64,000 nt of DNA from Toensbergia leucococca. Lineage: Eukaryota. Each line of letters opens with the position of its first letter. The first letter of the stretch is position 1. The stretch lies in assembly GCA_022813965.1 (NCBI GenBank), contig JALDZS010000042.1:1-64000 (forward strand), written 5' to 3'. The position numbers and the translations under genes were made by a program. Under the pieces are notes generated by a model, which did no database searches, had not been told where the DNA came from, and saw only the letters and a program-made list of their open reading frames with translations. Below are positions 47,535 to 61,072 of this stretch, piece by piece.

Positions 47535-48883
47535 CTATCTCCGCCCTACTGTAAGTTCCTCCCACTGCACCCCAATCCATTCTTCTAAATGGCCAACCTC
47601 CCCTTGCTTCACTCTTTGAGCTTGACAATCCTCCTTGCAGACCCCTAAAAGGATTGTTCCCCAATCCATACCCTCAATTCCGGTTTCATCAGCTTCCAGC
47701 TCGGCAATCGCTTGTGGGGTCAGTTGCATTTCAAAAGCTCTACCAGCGCCGCAATTACCGCAACGTGGAATACCAGACATCCTTCCTTTGTTTACTGTAA
47801 TGATCTTTTTCAAATCGGTCTGCGGCACTGATTGATTTGATACCAGGATTTTCCCAACTTGATCAGTCTTCGCATATAGTAGCGGTGTACCCATGAACTC
47901 ATAGCGCAAGACTTGTAATGGATTCTGAGAGAGGCGATCTGCGAAGCGCTGAAAGGTCTTATCTATTGTTGACTCAAAAATGTCTGCATCATCGTTACCG
48001 TCGGATTCCACTGTGGACTGATTTTCTGATCCGTCAACATTCATGTTCTGCGGGATCGGAAACTTTTGAGATGGGCTTTCAAGGCTTTCAAAGTCGGCGT
48101 CAAGATGACACATATGATAGGCTCGTGGTAATTCAGACTCGACTGGCCACGGTTCCTGGAGTGTCAAAGGCTCAGGTGCTGCAGGAGAAGCTGAGATGCG
48201 AACTTTTTGGGCAAAGGTTGCTGGAAGATCATCATCATTGGGTCGCTGAGGTGCTTTTGAAGCAAGAACGTCAAAGGAGGGTAGCATTTTCTGGCTAGAG
48301 CAAGGTGGATTTGCGAGTGGCGTTGAAGAGAAAGGATTACTAATTGAGTTGAAAGCAGTTGAGAAAGGGTTTGGATTGCTTGCAACAAACGTAGGTGATT
48401 TGGTGGCGAAGAGCCTATCACCGAGCTTCTCTGATGGTGTCACAGGGTCTGGCTCCAAATCCGAGGCCGTTCTACCAGTGTTTCTTGGTGGATGCTTTGA
48501 TACAGCAATCGATAATCTTATACTCCTGATGGCTCGAATACTTCCTTCTTTTCTTCGACAAGGCTTGGCTCTGCAGCCAAAAATATAGAGTCTGCGTTCG
48601 TGATTCGGAAATTGGTCTGGCATGTCACCGTGGAGTTGAATCAGCAAGGGCATGATGGTGTTGCAAACTTTGCACTTGGCCAGAGTCGCCGATGGGGGAA
48701 ATTTCGGGTCCAGCCATGTCTGGGGAGAATGCCCAATTAGATTGGCCAGAACAAAGCTATTGAACTCACTGGAAATCCTCCGAGTTGACTGAAAGAATCA
48801 TCTGTGGGCTGCTTGGAGGCATAACCAAGGAGGACATTTGTAGTAGCATAATCGTCAGAAGAGTCGCTCTCGCACGATGTCAT
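47535..48883 (-). CDS. TSR4: Tsr4 / PDCD2-like uS5 chaperone, 2 exons
   Basis: TNVLLGYAS...SQLGGFP|TWL...AKCKVC; ERRLYIFGC; DKTFQRFADRLSQNPLQVLRYEF; CGNCG..RAFEMQLTP; GMDWGTI; EEWIGVQWEE. Confidence 0.92.
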
Positions 48884-49415
48884 AGCTGTTCCTTATTATA
48901 TTTCGGAGGTTCTTGTTGAGAAGAAGAAAACTTAAGATTATTATACCGAGGCAGATTTATTCTAATGGACGACGCTAAGGTAAATTATCAAGATGAGTTT
49001 GATGCGGGGATAAACAGACCCATGGAGTAAATGTCATCACAACTACCTTGGATTGATTTTGGCATAAAGGCACTAGATGCTGCTTTTGTCGTCTACAACT
49101 GGATGCTACCTACTTACCTCTATTCTGGAGGTTTATGCACTTGTCTCGCTCACTTGCAGTAAATGTTGATACTCGGCAGCGCTTTTCACATCCATCTCTA
49201 ATGTCTATCTTACCGCGTACCTGAATAGTTTTTAAGGAATGCTCTCTTTCGGCTTCATGGGAGGTTCGAGCAGCCCTAGAATTTCCAAGCTTCTCTATCG
49301 TTCGCCGTAGAGCTGCGGAGAATAACAAAGATCCAGCCCCCTTTAGCCCCCCGAGTCAACTTCTTTGCTGTCTCCAAGACCTTCCCTAGTATAATTTGCC
49401 ATAACAGGATCAAGG

Positions 49416-50957
49416 ATGACGGGCAGGAGTGATTCGGTATCTAGCGTTATCACTCATTTGTTTCGAAAAGACCATATTTTATCAAGGAGAGAGCGAGCAG
49501 AGCATCTTCGGCCCACATCCGCAACTTCTCTACAAGAAGACACGAGAGACAGCACAATGCTTTCTCAACTAAAACCTAGGAGGTCGTCGGTGTTCTCAGT
49601 CAATCTGAGGAAGCCAAACTCCCGGCGGATTAGTTCTGGCAGTATGCCTGGTCCCAGTCGTGCCGGGTAAATTTGCTTTTCGCCTTTTCCTCCTTGGAAA
49701 ACCTCTTGATATTCAAGGCTTGTCTAATTTACCAAAAGGGCTTTCCTAGGGCTGTTCCACAATCTACCTGCCGAATTGAAAATCCAGATTTTCTGCAATC
49801 TTCAGATGGAAGACTTACTCTCCTTTCGGGCGGTATGCTGTGTCTTTCATGATGCTGTCCGATCGAATGCTTCGTCCGTGGGACGCCATCTATTTAGGTA
49901 TGGTGCTTTAAATGTAGCCGTTGCGCTCTATCCAATCCCAACGGCACCAGAGTCTATAAGCATTGAATATGTCCTCAGCGTATCACATCGCATCCATGTT
50001 GTTCATCATCTAGCGCACTTCATCGCAGCTTTCACCATGACCAAGTTCCACCGATATACTTCTCCAGATCAAATGGTCGAATGCAGAACCAAAACCATCA
50101 ATATGATCAGAAATATGCGGCCACTCCTGCTCATGATCTTCCATTTTTTCGAAAATTATCGTATCGCTCGTACCAAATCAAATAACATGGATCGAGCCAT
50201 CACTTCAGAGGACGAGCTTGTGGAGGTAGAAACACGAATCATGGAACTATATGAACCTAACGACCTGTACCAAGCGCATGCCATGTATAAGTTTCTCATC
50301 TTGGTCATTACTCGGAAATTGAGGCCCCCAACTTACGCGGGTAAAATGGAACGGTCGTTGAGAGGGTGGAGACAGAAGCCGGCAACAAGTGCTGAAATGG
50401 CCAAGCTTGTCGTATTGGGGGGCTTGGAAGCAGTGGCGGAAGTCGTGAAGTGCGATAGCTATCGAGCTCGGAGAACTACTTTAGATAAGTTTCTTTCACG
50501 TGTTTTGCCCCCCGAAGAACATGACCAAAGAGCGAAAAGATCTCTTCCTTTATTATCGAGCAGGATATCAACGTCGGCGGATACTACGAACATCAAGAAG
50601 AAGGCGAAGTCTATCGTCAAGTCTGACGTAACGGCCAGCCAGAACAAAACTCCTTGCCTGATCATGCTGCCCTTGAATCCTAACGAAGCCTTCGAGTTGT
50701 CCAACAGCTTGCCTGATTTCAACAATTTGTGGTACCACGCGGCAACTAAGGTCTTGATCAAGAATGGCACGGTTGACAGCGATGATGACCTGCCCTGTAC
50801 ACGCCGCTTCATAACATATTTGGAAACGACACGTGAGGTAGAAAACGGGGACGAACATGGAAATGATGGTGGCGGTGATGACATACCTGACACCGAGAAC
50901 GATGAGAGCATCGGGGAAAGCGGAGACGAGGCGGGTGACATGGAGACCCAGCTATAA
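49416..50957 (+). CDS. F-box domain protein, 2 exons
   Basis: After the intron (~49667-49738): LFHNLPAELKIQIFCNLQMEDLLSFRAVC (F-box); also RKLRPPTYAG..ERSLRGW; acidic tail. Confidence 0.75.
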
Positions 50958-51428
50958 GTTTGAGTCCCTCATTGCCTTAAGACGATCTGATGACTCGGGG
51001 TTGACAGTTCTTCTACTTGGGGCTCGTTGATGCAGCCATATAACGATGTATTGATCGACCATCCGAGTTTCAGGGCGTTGCGTATCGATGTACCATATCA
51101 TGCCCGTACAAGACGACCTCGAAATTAACCGCCAATGATACGTGGGCATGTGACAAGGTTCCTCGGCTTTCTCTCCTCTACGGGGTACAATGCCTCTCGT
51201 CTGACCGTTACAGTTCTCCAAACAAGGCCCACAAGACTGACGGGCAGACAAAGACTACATTGTCACAGCAAATTGGCAGATAACAGATAATGAAGAGACA
51301 CTTTCTTGAATCTTTCCGAGACTTCCAAACGCTAATGTGCAAGCCTGACCGACACCACTGCGCCTGGACAACGAACTCCCTCCAATATCCTGGGCACAAA
51401 ACTCCCACCCATGCACAGGACAATTCTC

Positions 51429-54400
51429 TCAACGGCCGCTAATCTTTCGCGACGGCCTCCGGATCTGCTCAGCGTTCTTCTCCAAACTTGCCTGGATCAT
51501 CTTTTGCCCAGCCCATTCTACCTGCATCCTCTTTATCTTTACACTCGCCAACACCATGATGCCTACAATCTTCAACGTAAGTTTCCTTGTAGGGACTTTT
51601 GGATCTGCTCTCACTCCCATTTCTTCCAGCAGATGTAAATCCACCTTGTTGCTGCCGTGCTGTTAGCGTGTTTCAGGCTTGGGAGATTAAAGTGAAAGAC
51701 ATACCAGGCCTGGAACATATCAATCTGCATCAACAGATACTTCTTCTCATACGCCAACCCTGACCTGAACCCTTGCTCTCTTGTACATTTGGCTCTCATC
51801 CACTGCATCTGCTTTGCCAATCCTCTCAACTCTCCCTGATGCCTCTTCTCCTTCTCTTGAATCTCATCCTCCAATTGCTTTATTTCGGTAGATTCATGCC
51901 CGGAATTCCCCACATCATGCACACTACTGATTGACATGTTGGTAGACCGAACACGGGAGACGATGGATTTGCGCTCTTCCTCCCAGCCTTGTTGCTGGCG
52001 TGTAAAATTATCTAGTGCGCGTTCGTAGCGGCTTTGGAGGTGCCCGAGCTCGGTCGTCAAGGCTGTGGCTTTCTGGAGTTGATGGGTACGTTCTTGGCGA
52101 ACACGTCTTAGCTGCGAGCGGAGATCCTTTTCACGTAAGGAAGCGGATTCTATTCGAGCTTCTCGGTCCGAGATTTGGACTTGTAGGTCTTCGGCTTCAA
52201 TTTTGGCGTCTTTGAGCATTTCGTGCAGATCTTTGCGCTCTTCGGCCATGGTGCGGTCGCCGGTGGTATTAAGGCGAGCTGTATGCATATCCTTCTCTAG
52301 ACTGTGAATGCGCACCCGGAGCCTGGCAACGGTCTGTTCCGCGGTAGTGTTCCTTGCTGCTTGCTCTTGTTGTTGCAATCGGCAATCGACAAGTTCCTGC
52401 TCTAGCTGTTCTCGTTGCTGCTCGTTTGCATCCTCCTTCAATCGGACTTCTCTGTCTGCATCTGCGACCTTACGTTTCGCTTCTCGTTCGGTCTCTTTGT
52501 ACTTTGTGCGGAGATTCTTGATTTGCTGGTGAGCCTCTGCAAGTAAGTGACGAACCTCAATAACCTCGTCCTTTCGACTCGAGCCACCAACAGAAGATTT
52601 CGGCGAATCAGAAATTAATCGTGAAAGCTCAGTTTCACGGATCTGACGTTCCAGGCCTGTGACCCTCTGCTTGAGCTCACGAATGTTTTCTTTGTAGGAC
52701 GCCTCACGCTGCAGTTGCTCCGTCTCCTTCTTTTGTGCCACAGACAAGTCTCTTCGGACCACGTCGAGTTCTGCTGCTACCTCATCATTCTGATCATCCT
52801 CGAGTACACGGCCTTCGAGCTTCTCAATCTGGATCTCAAGACGTTGTATCTTCTGCTTCCTAGCCACAAGCTCTCGATCACGACCTTCTACAGCTGCTGC
52901 GAGCTTGCTTCGCAGATCAGTTATCTCGTTAGTCATACATCCTTCCTGCACAGTAGCCCTCTTAATCTCTTCTTCTAGCTCCTTCTCAATCGCCTCAGTC
53001 TTTTCAAGCAGTCCGTTCCGTTCTTCGCGAAGACGTCCGACACTGTGATCTAATTTTAGATTTTTCGTTCGTAATTCAATCTTCTCCTGGTCTAGCTTGA
53101 AGGTCTCATCTACTTGGTTTTCCATCTGCTTGAGCTGGCTCTGCATTTCGTTTCTTTCGGCTTCTATCTCGGCGCAAGACGTCCGCGAGGCATGCATCTC
53201 AATATTGGCATTGGCAAGTTGATCTTGTAGTGACTGTTTCTCGGTCTTGACCCGCTGAAGTTGGGCTTCGACATCTCGTAGGTGGGAGGTGAGCTGCTCT
53301 TTCGATCCATGCCCGGAGTGAAGGCTATCTCGGATCGTCTCAATTTCTGCTTGAGCATTTGCGTGTGCAGTTTCGGCACGCGTGAGTTCTTGCTTCATAG
53401 CATGTAGTTGACGTCGTAGCGTCTCAGCCTCTTGCCTTGCCGCACTAATACCACCTTTGCTGTTCTCGGCTTCCTCATCAAGGCCACTCTGCAAGACTTC
53501 GATTTCATCTTCCAGAGCCTCGACCTTCTCTTCGAGAGCCATGCAGTCCCGCTTACTCACTCGAAGCTCCTCCCTCGTACGAGAAGCCTCAGATCGAAGA
53601 TCATCCAGATCCTGTCGTCTCTCGTTCATTTCGGACTCGAGCTCTTGCAGTTGGCGATTCAGGACAGCTTCTTCGCTCTGATGTCGATGTTTTTCGCTCT
53701 CGAGAGCTTCTTGTAATTTCATTTCTCGACTGGAGAGCGTCCCCTCAATCTCTTGTAGCTTGTCTACGGTCCTTTGTAGACCATTTGCTCGCTCCTCTGC
53801 TTTCTCTTTCTGTGACTGTAGATTGCGTCGTTGGCTTTCCCAGTGATCATGATTGCCTGCTTCTTGGCTCTCCTTGTCTTCCAATTGACGATGCAGGTTG
53901 TCGATCTCTTCGGAGAGGGCATCGAGTTCGTCCTTGGCCTGACTCCGCAATGCGAGATCGTTGTCGAGAGCATGTTGCCTTTCATCTTCCCAACTCTGCT
54001 GGAGCTCCTGCGCTCTTGTCTGAGCTTTAGACAAGTCTCTCTGTAAGACTTGGGACTCAGTTGTAAGAGCATCATGCCTAGTGTGCAGTAGGTCCTTCTC
54101 CTCTGATTTGCTTTGCAGTTCCTTGGTCAATTGCTGAACTTGACTAGCTAAAGAGTCACGCTTCCTTAAGGTGACTTCGGATTCGTGACGAAGAAGCTCA
54201 TTTTCATCGCTGAGTCTTTGCTCTCGCACCTCGGCGTCTTGTTTAGCGTCGCGGATCTTCTCTTGTAGCCTTTTCATTTCTCTGGACTTATTGTCGAAAT
54301 CATCTTGTAATTTGGCGTGCTCTTCGCGAGCCTCAGCGAGATCACTCTGCAGCTTGTTCGCTTTGTCTTCTAGCTGCCGACTCAACCCCTTGGTACTGAA

Positions 54401-55841
54401 TGACTTGTTGGCCATCTCATCGCGTAACTTGATAAAATTTGTTAGCTAAGATTTCCCCTTGATCAAGAAAGCACAATAGAATGCCTACCTCGTCACGATC
54501 CTCCTCGGCTTTCTCTTTTAAGTCCAAGGCTTCTTTGACTTCATTTTTCGCAGTTTCAGCTTCCGCCTCAGCACGTTGTACGTCACTTTCAAGGTCTTGG
54601 AGGGAAATGCGCATATCTTGGAGTTCATCTTGAGCAATTTTTAGCTTGGTTGCCTCCTCGCTCGGTTTTTCCTGACCTCCTTTCAGCTCTTCGTTGTGTT
54701 TCTTCACAGTCTCCAGTTCTTCTTCTAGCTCGTTTATCTCTTCTACGTCTCTTCTAGTTTGCTCCTTGAGTCCATCAATTAAGTCATCCCGTTCCTCAAT
54801 GCAGCGGTCTTTCTCCCGAATGTCTGCTTCTAGATCCTTTATGTCATCTTTCAGCTTCTTCATTTCTTCTTCGCTGCCCTCGGCCATATTGAGTCTTTTA
54901 GTAAGCTCTTCAATTTCGGATTCTTTGGACATAACATTGCTTCTGAGGCTTTCAAGCTCATCCCGTAGGCCCTCGTCTACGTGCTTTCGCTTAGTCTTTT
55001 CCTGGACCTCCTGGAGATGAAGGCGATATGCCTCTAAATCCCGCCCTGCTTGATTGAGAGTTTTCCGGGTTCGCGACAGCTCTTTTTGCATGGTTATTTT
55101 ATCTACCTTGAGTTCGGTGTTTTCCTTCAGAGCAGCTTCGTTGAATCCAGGTCCAGTCTTACGCAAGGACTCCTCAAGGTAGAAAATCTTAAGCTTCAGC
55201 CCAAAGTTCTCTTTCTCGATTTTATTGATGATCTACTCAAGTAGATCAGTATGATTAAATGGTTACCCGGTGCCCCCAACAGCGACACTCACATTCTCTT
55301 GCTCTCTCAACGTCATCATATTGCCCTGCTCTGTCAATACCGCTCCACTGTCCCTCTTCGGTAGAACTGCCAAGGGCGTGGACTGCGCGCTACTACTCGC
55401 AATTCGAGGGATCGGCGTCCCTTCATCGTCGTTTCCTACTGAGCTTCCAGTGTCATCTCCGTATATTGCTGATATATCTGCTCCTGGTAAGGCCGGACTA
55501 TCGGTACTTTGGTACCCAGCCCTTAGAAAGGCGGGCGTTTGTGGAGCTCCGCTGAGCTTGCTATTCCGTAGCAGGTTCTTCTTCGCAACGCTTTTGAGTA
55601 GAGGAGTAAATTCGCCATGGGTAGGAGCTATTGGAAGATTGTGCCGATCAGTGAAAGGAAGGCGTGTCCGTGGCGTGTTCAGACTGAGGCCGCGATTGCT
55701 GCGCAGCTGGGAGATGAGATCATTCTTATTCTTTGAAGGAGAATAGAAGGAATTCTCAGGCGAGAAATTCTCAATGTTGTGTCCATTAGTCAAAAAGGTC
55801 GCATTGCCAGGGTCGGTGCGTGGTGTCTCAATATAAGCCAT
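51429..55841 (-). CDS. PCP1: Spindle pole body pericentrin-like protein (Pcp1/PcpA/Spc110), 4 exons
   Basis: CM1 motif MTLREQEN|IINKIEKENFGLKLKIFYLEE; long coiled coil; C-terminal PACT domain RE.GFRSGLAYEKKYLLMQIDMFQA|CN..DL.LLEEMGV. Confidence 0.92.
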
Positions 55842-56116
55842 GATTAGGTTCGTCCATGCGAAAGAAGATAAGTTCTGTTGATAATCAAGTACCTAAGTAA
55901 TGTTGCGAGTGTACGGATACGGATATGAACATAGAAGACGTGTTGACGGTGTTGGTAAACATCGGCACGTCGGCCATGTTACGGTAGCCCATATGGCCAT
56001 AGAATACTCGCTGACTCGGCAGAGAACCGAAAGCTCTAGTTCAGCCTTACGGCACTCTCCAATCGATTTGGACTCTGTACGTAGGTGGTAGTGCAAGCCA
56101 TCACTCACATTGTGAT

Positions 56117-58129
56117 ATGGATCACCTCAAATGGTTTGGAGAGGGCTTCGATGGGTTCCCAAAGACACTGCCTGAGGATTGTGTCGAGTACACCTTGTAT
56201 GTTATAGACTCTAGCCTGAGTGACTTGAACCTTCGAAATCGCCTTCGTCAGATACAGGCTGCCGCCGATTCATTAGTCAAGCATCTGCTGCGAGACTTTA
56301 TATGGCAGCGAGACAGCTTTGGCCTCGAATTGGCCCGCCAAGACGGTGAGCTATCTCTGCGCTATAGGAAGTTACACTAACCGACTTATCATTTGCTGTA
56401 GGCACGAGCTTGCTGCATGGCAAAACGAACTATGGCGACTCTGTCGAAGATGAATGGCTCGTCGTCTTTCTTTTGCGAGAGCTGAGCAAACAGTCTTCGG
56501 ATATTTGGATTAGGGTTGTGGATACTGACGGCGAATTTCTTCTTATCGAAGCAGCTAACAAACTTCCACCCTGGTTGAATCCCGAAATTGCTCATCATAG
56601 GGTTTAGAGCCTTCGAGGTTGAAAGTCTCGAATCACCAACTAACGTCTTATAGGTCTGGATCAATGATGGGAGGCTATTTATTATCCCTCCTCAGCTGCC
56701 ATGCCAAGACATTGGACGCATGCTAAATGCCCCCGAGACTGTCACGAATGCCTCTGAAATCATCACGTTGGAAGAAGCTCGTCACATTATACATAAAAAT
56801 CGAGCTCGACTTCAGCATCTGCCGCAAGTTGAGGCAGAGGCTTTTGATCGCCTGCGGAAGTACCCTGAGCAAATCGCATACTGCATGCACCACGCGCTTG
56901 TACTCGTTCCAAGAAATCTTGCATATGTGATTCATAACAACGCATCCCACATCAGTCCGGCAGTGGAAGCATTCTATCTCCGAGACCCTGTATCCCTACG
57001 TCCTTTGCAGATGCAAGACATTGGCAAACTCGTTTTTCCGCCCAAGGACTTGGTCACAATCTCTGTGAAATTTACAAAGGTTGGCTACGCTCAAATGAAG
57101 AGCCAGCACTTCATTGCCCCTGCTGTATGGAGTAGTGTTCTTTCGCCAAGACAATTTGAGCAATCAAAAGGCGAGGCGGAAATTGGGATGAAGGTTACGT
57201 GCGGGTTCGAGATGCTATTGTCGGATTCTCAAAATCAAGACAAGAGGCCTGTCCGCGAAATTCTAATGCTACTTCAAGATATCGAGGCTGGCGAGGATCA
57301 TTTACCTTCGGATGCCGAGATTGCCCAGTGGGAACATGACGAGGATAGCGAAGAATGGCTTGACATTAATTTCGAGGATTTCGAGAATGAGCTGGTTGGT
57401 AAGCGCACAGGAGATACATCTTCCGCGAATAGAGGGTTTGGAGACAGAAATGCTCAAGAAAATCTTCGAAAAATGGTAGCGAGATTTGAAGATTTCCTTG
57501 AAAATGACGCTGCCGGAGCTGATGGTGCCGAATTTAGAGATGATATGGATAGTGACGATGAAGAAGATGAGAATACTGGAGGGGAGAGTAGTGTAGGCAG
57601 CGAAAGCGCCAGCGAGGGCGAGGATGACGCCACTGATATTGAATTCGACGAGAACAGATTTGCTGATTTGATGCGCGAGATGATGGGAATCCCGTCAGGA
57701 AGAAAAGAGAATTTCGTTGACGAGCAGACGATAGAATCTCATTTAAAAGACATGCCTGAGTTTGGTGAGGATGATTCAACTCGCGATGAGGAACAAAATG
57801 ACATTCACCAAATCATGCAAACCATGGAAGCTGAACTCCGCGGGGCTGGAGCTCTGCAATTGGACCCTTTACCCACGACAGCTACGAAGCAAAGGCGTAC
57901 AACTAAAGCCAAATCAAATGGACCCGATCGGTCGAACGCAGACTCGTCCGAAGAGGGTACTGAGGATGGCGGCGAGGTCCACATCGACTTCAATCTAGCA
58001 AAAAACATGCTCGAAAGTTTCAAATCTCAAGGAGGGATGCCTGGTCCTGGTGGAAATCTAATAGGGTTGATGGGCATGCATTTACCTCGTGATGAGGATG
58101 AGACGCTTTTGGACGCTCATGAACCATGA
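56117..58129 (+). CDS. Ecdysoneless / SGT1-family protein, 3 exons
   Basis: FIWQRDSF; GKTNYGDSVEDEWL; DTDGEFLLIEAA..LP.WLNPE..HR|VWI; SPAVEAFYLRDP; GMKVTCGFEML; NLAKNMLESFKSQGG.PGPGGNL. Confidence 0.93.
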
Positions 58130-59154
58130 AGCGAGTAGAACCAAAACCTATTCAGTGGCCTTACAGAGCACCCAGAATTCGATGCACTTTAAAACAATGA
58201 CGGATCCAGAGGATCTGTTTGGGAATACGGATGTTATTGGCTACCTGACCGTCTGGTCAAGTATCCCACTTGGATGGAATACCGATATGCCTAAGATGAA
58301 AGAAGATGAAAGGAGCGGCCTTATCCCTGGCCAAGATGCCGACACTGTTCCTGGCCAAGGTACTGGCAAAGTGCCTCATGGTCTGGAGTCGAACACTCGG
58401 TACACGGACGACATGTGGCTGCACAAAGGTTAAAGCGCTAGGTAGAGAGTGGATCTGGACAAGGCCCCACTGTTGCAGATGATGCAGTAGTTTCGAATTA
58501 TTCTTCCGATTCCCATGTAGGCTTTCGAGGCTTTATATGCGCCGAAGGCTCGACTAGAAGCGCGCTGCCGTGGTTCGTGTCGGCTATGGCATTAGTGGGC
58601 TCTTGCTTAATTGAAGGCAGCCCACAAGTGCAAAGCTTCACCTCACCACTCTAATGTGCGGAGCTTTATGGGCCCCTCGTGGAATACGAGCATGCTTACT
58701 TTGCACGAGACACTATCTTCAACCCGCCCATGCAGCATGCACGACTTGATAGCTGTGCGCTTGCCCCTCATCTGATCGTAGTGGCCGTTTGCGTTCTGCA
58801 GCTTGACCTTTGGCTTCGTCTCAATTCTCCTTGGCTCTTCTCATTGGCCCTGCCCTCAGACCGTCGTGCCGGCCTGAAACGTTCCAGCTGTAGCGTCGAT
58901 GATCGTCGATTAATGCCAACGATATGTCCAAACTGAAAGAATCCACTTAAGACTAGAGCATTTGCGACGTTTGGCAATGCTTTGTTCTCATGCGCGTGCA
59001 TCCACTCGCTTCATCTCTGAGCCTGCTATTCCACTTCATCCTTGGTCCGTCGTAACACTCGTTATCAAGGCTTTCATCATATGACCCACTTTGCCTTGCC
59101 TCTATCAATTTGTAGCATCCTTCAGCTTGATAAGGCCTAGGCTAAAAGCCAGCC

Positions 59155-61072
59155 ATGGCTGACCACTCCACAGAGAAGGTAGTTGATTTCCCATTCGACG
59201 CTCTTGCTTCGGACAATGACCATTGTCTAGTCGCCCATTGAACGAACTGACTACGAAGGCCTTCAGCTGGACACACGTGCCAAGGAAAACTGGGAGAAAA
59301 CCCTTGACGTGAAGGATGCTAAGGCTTTTGCTGGGTACCACCACTATATCGATGAGAAAGCTCTGCCCGAGGAAAAGGAAGCCATAGGAGGGCCAGAATT
59401 CCTAACCACACCAACGACGATTGCCTCGGCCACGGATGCAATCAAGGCCGCTACAATCGATGAGCGTGGCTCAGAGACCAAAATCAAACGCATCTATGGT
59501 GTGCGACGGAAGACGTTTTGGATCATCTTCGGTCTGGCTTTAACGATCGTCATCTTGACAGCTATTGTGGGCGGAGCTGTGGGCGCCACCAGACATTCTT
59601 CATCCACAAGACCGACCCCCACAGCCACAAGTGGCGGCGCATCTACATCCACTGTGACAGCCTCACCCACTCCCACGTCTGAAAATATCGCCGGGTAGGC
59701 CACACCTTCGACTCAACAGCTGCTTGTTTCTTATACTAAAGTCATTGATATTATAGTCTATCCAATGTCATGGAGGGGTCGCCTATAGGAGTTGTGGCCT
59801 TCTCGAACGGTGTTAATGGCTCAGAAAGTGCAACAAATTCATCGGTTTGGCTTTTCTTCCAGTCCGCAAATGGGAACATCAAGGAAATAGTGTATGGGGG
59901 AGGCTTGGAACCTTGGCAAAGCGCCCAGTGAGTGTCCCAGAAGAGACAATTATGGAATGTGTCAGGATCATTGACGGAGCCGATTCTAGGCCCATATTTA
60001 CGGATGCACTGAATCACACAGGGCTAGCTGTAATAAGCTACGTGAACGGTACAGAACAACAGGTAAACACTATGCCCCTACTATTTCTATCGATTTAGCT
60101 GACGGCATTGTAGGGTAGTATCTTCTATACTGGGTTGAATGGGCATGTGCAGGAGAAGAGGAATTTCAACAACTCAATTTGGGAGCTAGGCACATTGGGT
60201 GCCTCCAACCTTGCAGCGATTGGAAACATGTCGGTTCCTTCGTCTGACATCAGTACCGAAGATCCAAGCAACGATTGGGACAGCTATCGCTTGGCAGCAG
60301 TTTACTCCACCAATTTTGCTACTGGCCCTGGATGTCGCCTTTTCTACCACTCCCAAGATCTAAACGGTACCACATGGGTGCAGGAGATGATCTGGATCCA
60401 GAGTAGTGATTCATGGACACACGGCGCCAGTATAATTGGACCCTGGCCAAATTCCGATCTAGCTGCCACGGTCGATGAAAGCACGCAGATTTTGAGGTTG
60501 TTCTACTCGGCAGGCAATTTGACATTACAGGAATCCTGGCTGAACATGTCTGACCCACGAGCTGAGTATCAAATTGGTACGACGACCCTTATCCTTTTAT
60601 TTTCAAATTTTATTATACTAACAACCCCGCAGGCGTCAGATTCAATGATCTTCTTGCTCACAACGACGCCGATATTGCAGCAATTTCTACTAGCGGCGAC
60701 ACTCTTATCTATTACTACCAAGAGGGCGTTGGCATCCGCGAACTCAACGTCTCAGGAGTCCCCAACAGCCAAGGAAACCCAGAAACCCCTCGCATCAGCA
60801 ACTCCATCGTCGCTCAGCCTAATCTGCTCACAAACAACAACATATCTCTCTATCAACCCATTGCTGCTGCCGTCACCAATACAACAGGCCCTACAACCCC
60901 CATCTACGTCTTTTGGGCCGACACGGACACGTCCTCGACTTCAGGATACACAAAGCTGCTGGAAATCAGCCGTCAAGAAATCAACCAGACATGGTCGGCG
61001 GTTGGCGGCGCAGCGAGAGCTGGACTGGTCCAGTTGCCGCTGGGTGACTATAACGTCTACCCTCATGATTGA
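59155..61072 (+). CDS. Type II membrane protein with a Ser/Thr stalk and a fungal fucose-lectin-like beta-propeller, 5 exons
   Basis: MADHSTEK|SPIERTDYEGLQLD; RIYGVRRKTFW followed by a TM helix (..AIVGGAVG); Thr-rich stalk; repeated blades VWLFFQSANGNIKE, VVFFYTGLNGHVQE, CRLFYH...VQE..W, LRLFYSAGN.TLQE; many N-x-S/T sequons. Confidence 0.75.

Noticed and set aside
50459..55746. Antisense ORFs over the F-box gene and PCP1
   Set aside because: Shadow ORFs of Glu/Lys/Asp-rich coding sequence.
58089..58433. 114-aa ORF with a PGQ repeat downstream of SGT1
   Set aside because: Overlaps the SGT1 stop, has no recognisable family, and shows only a short cctggccaag duplication.
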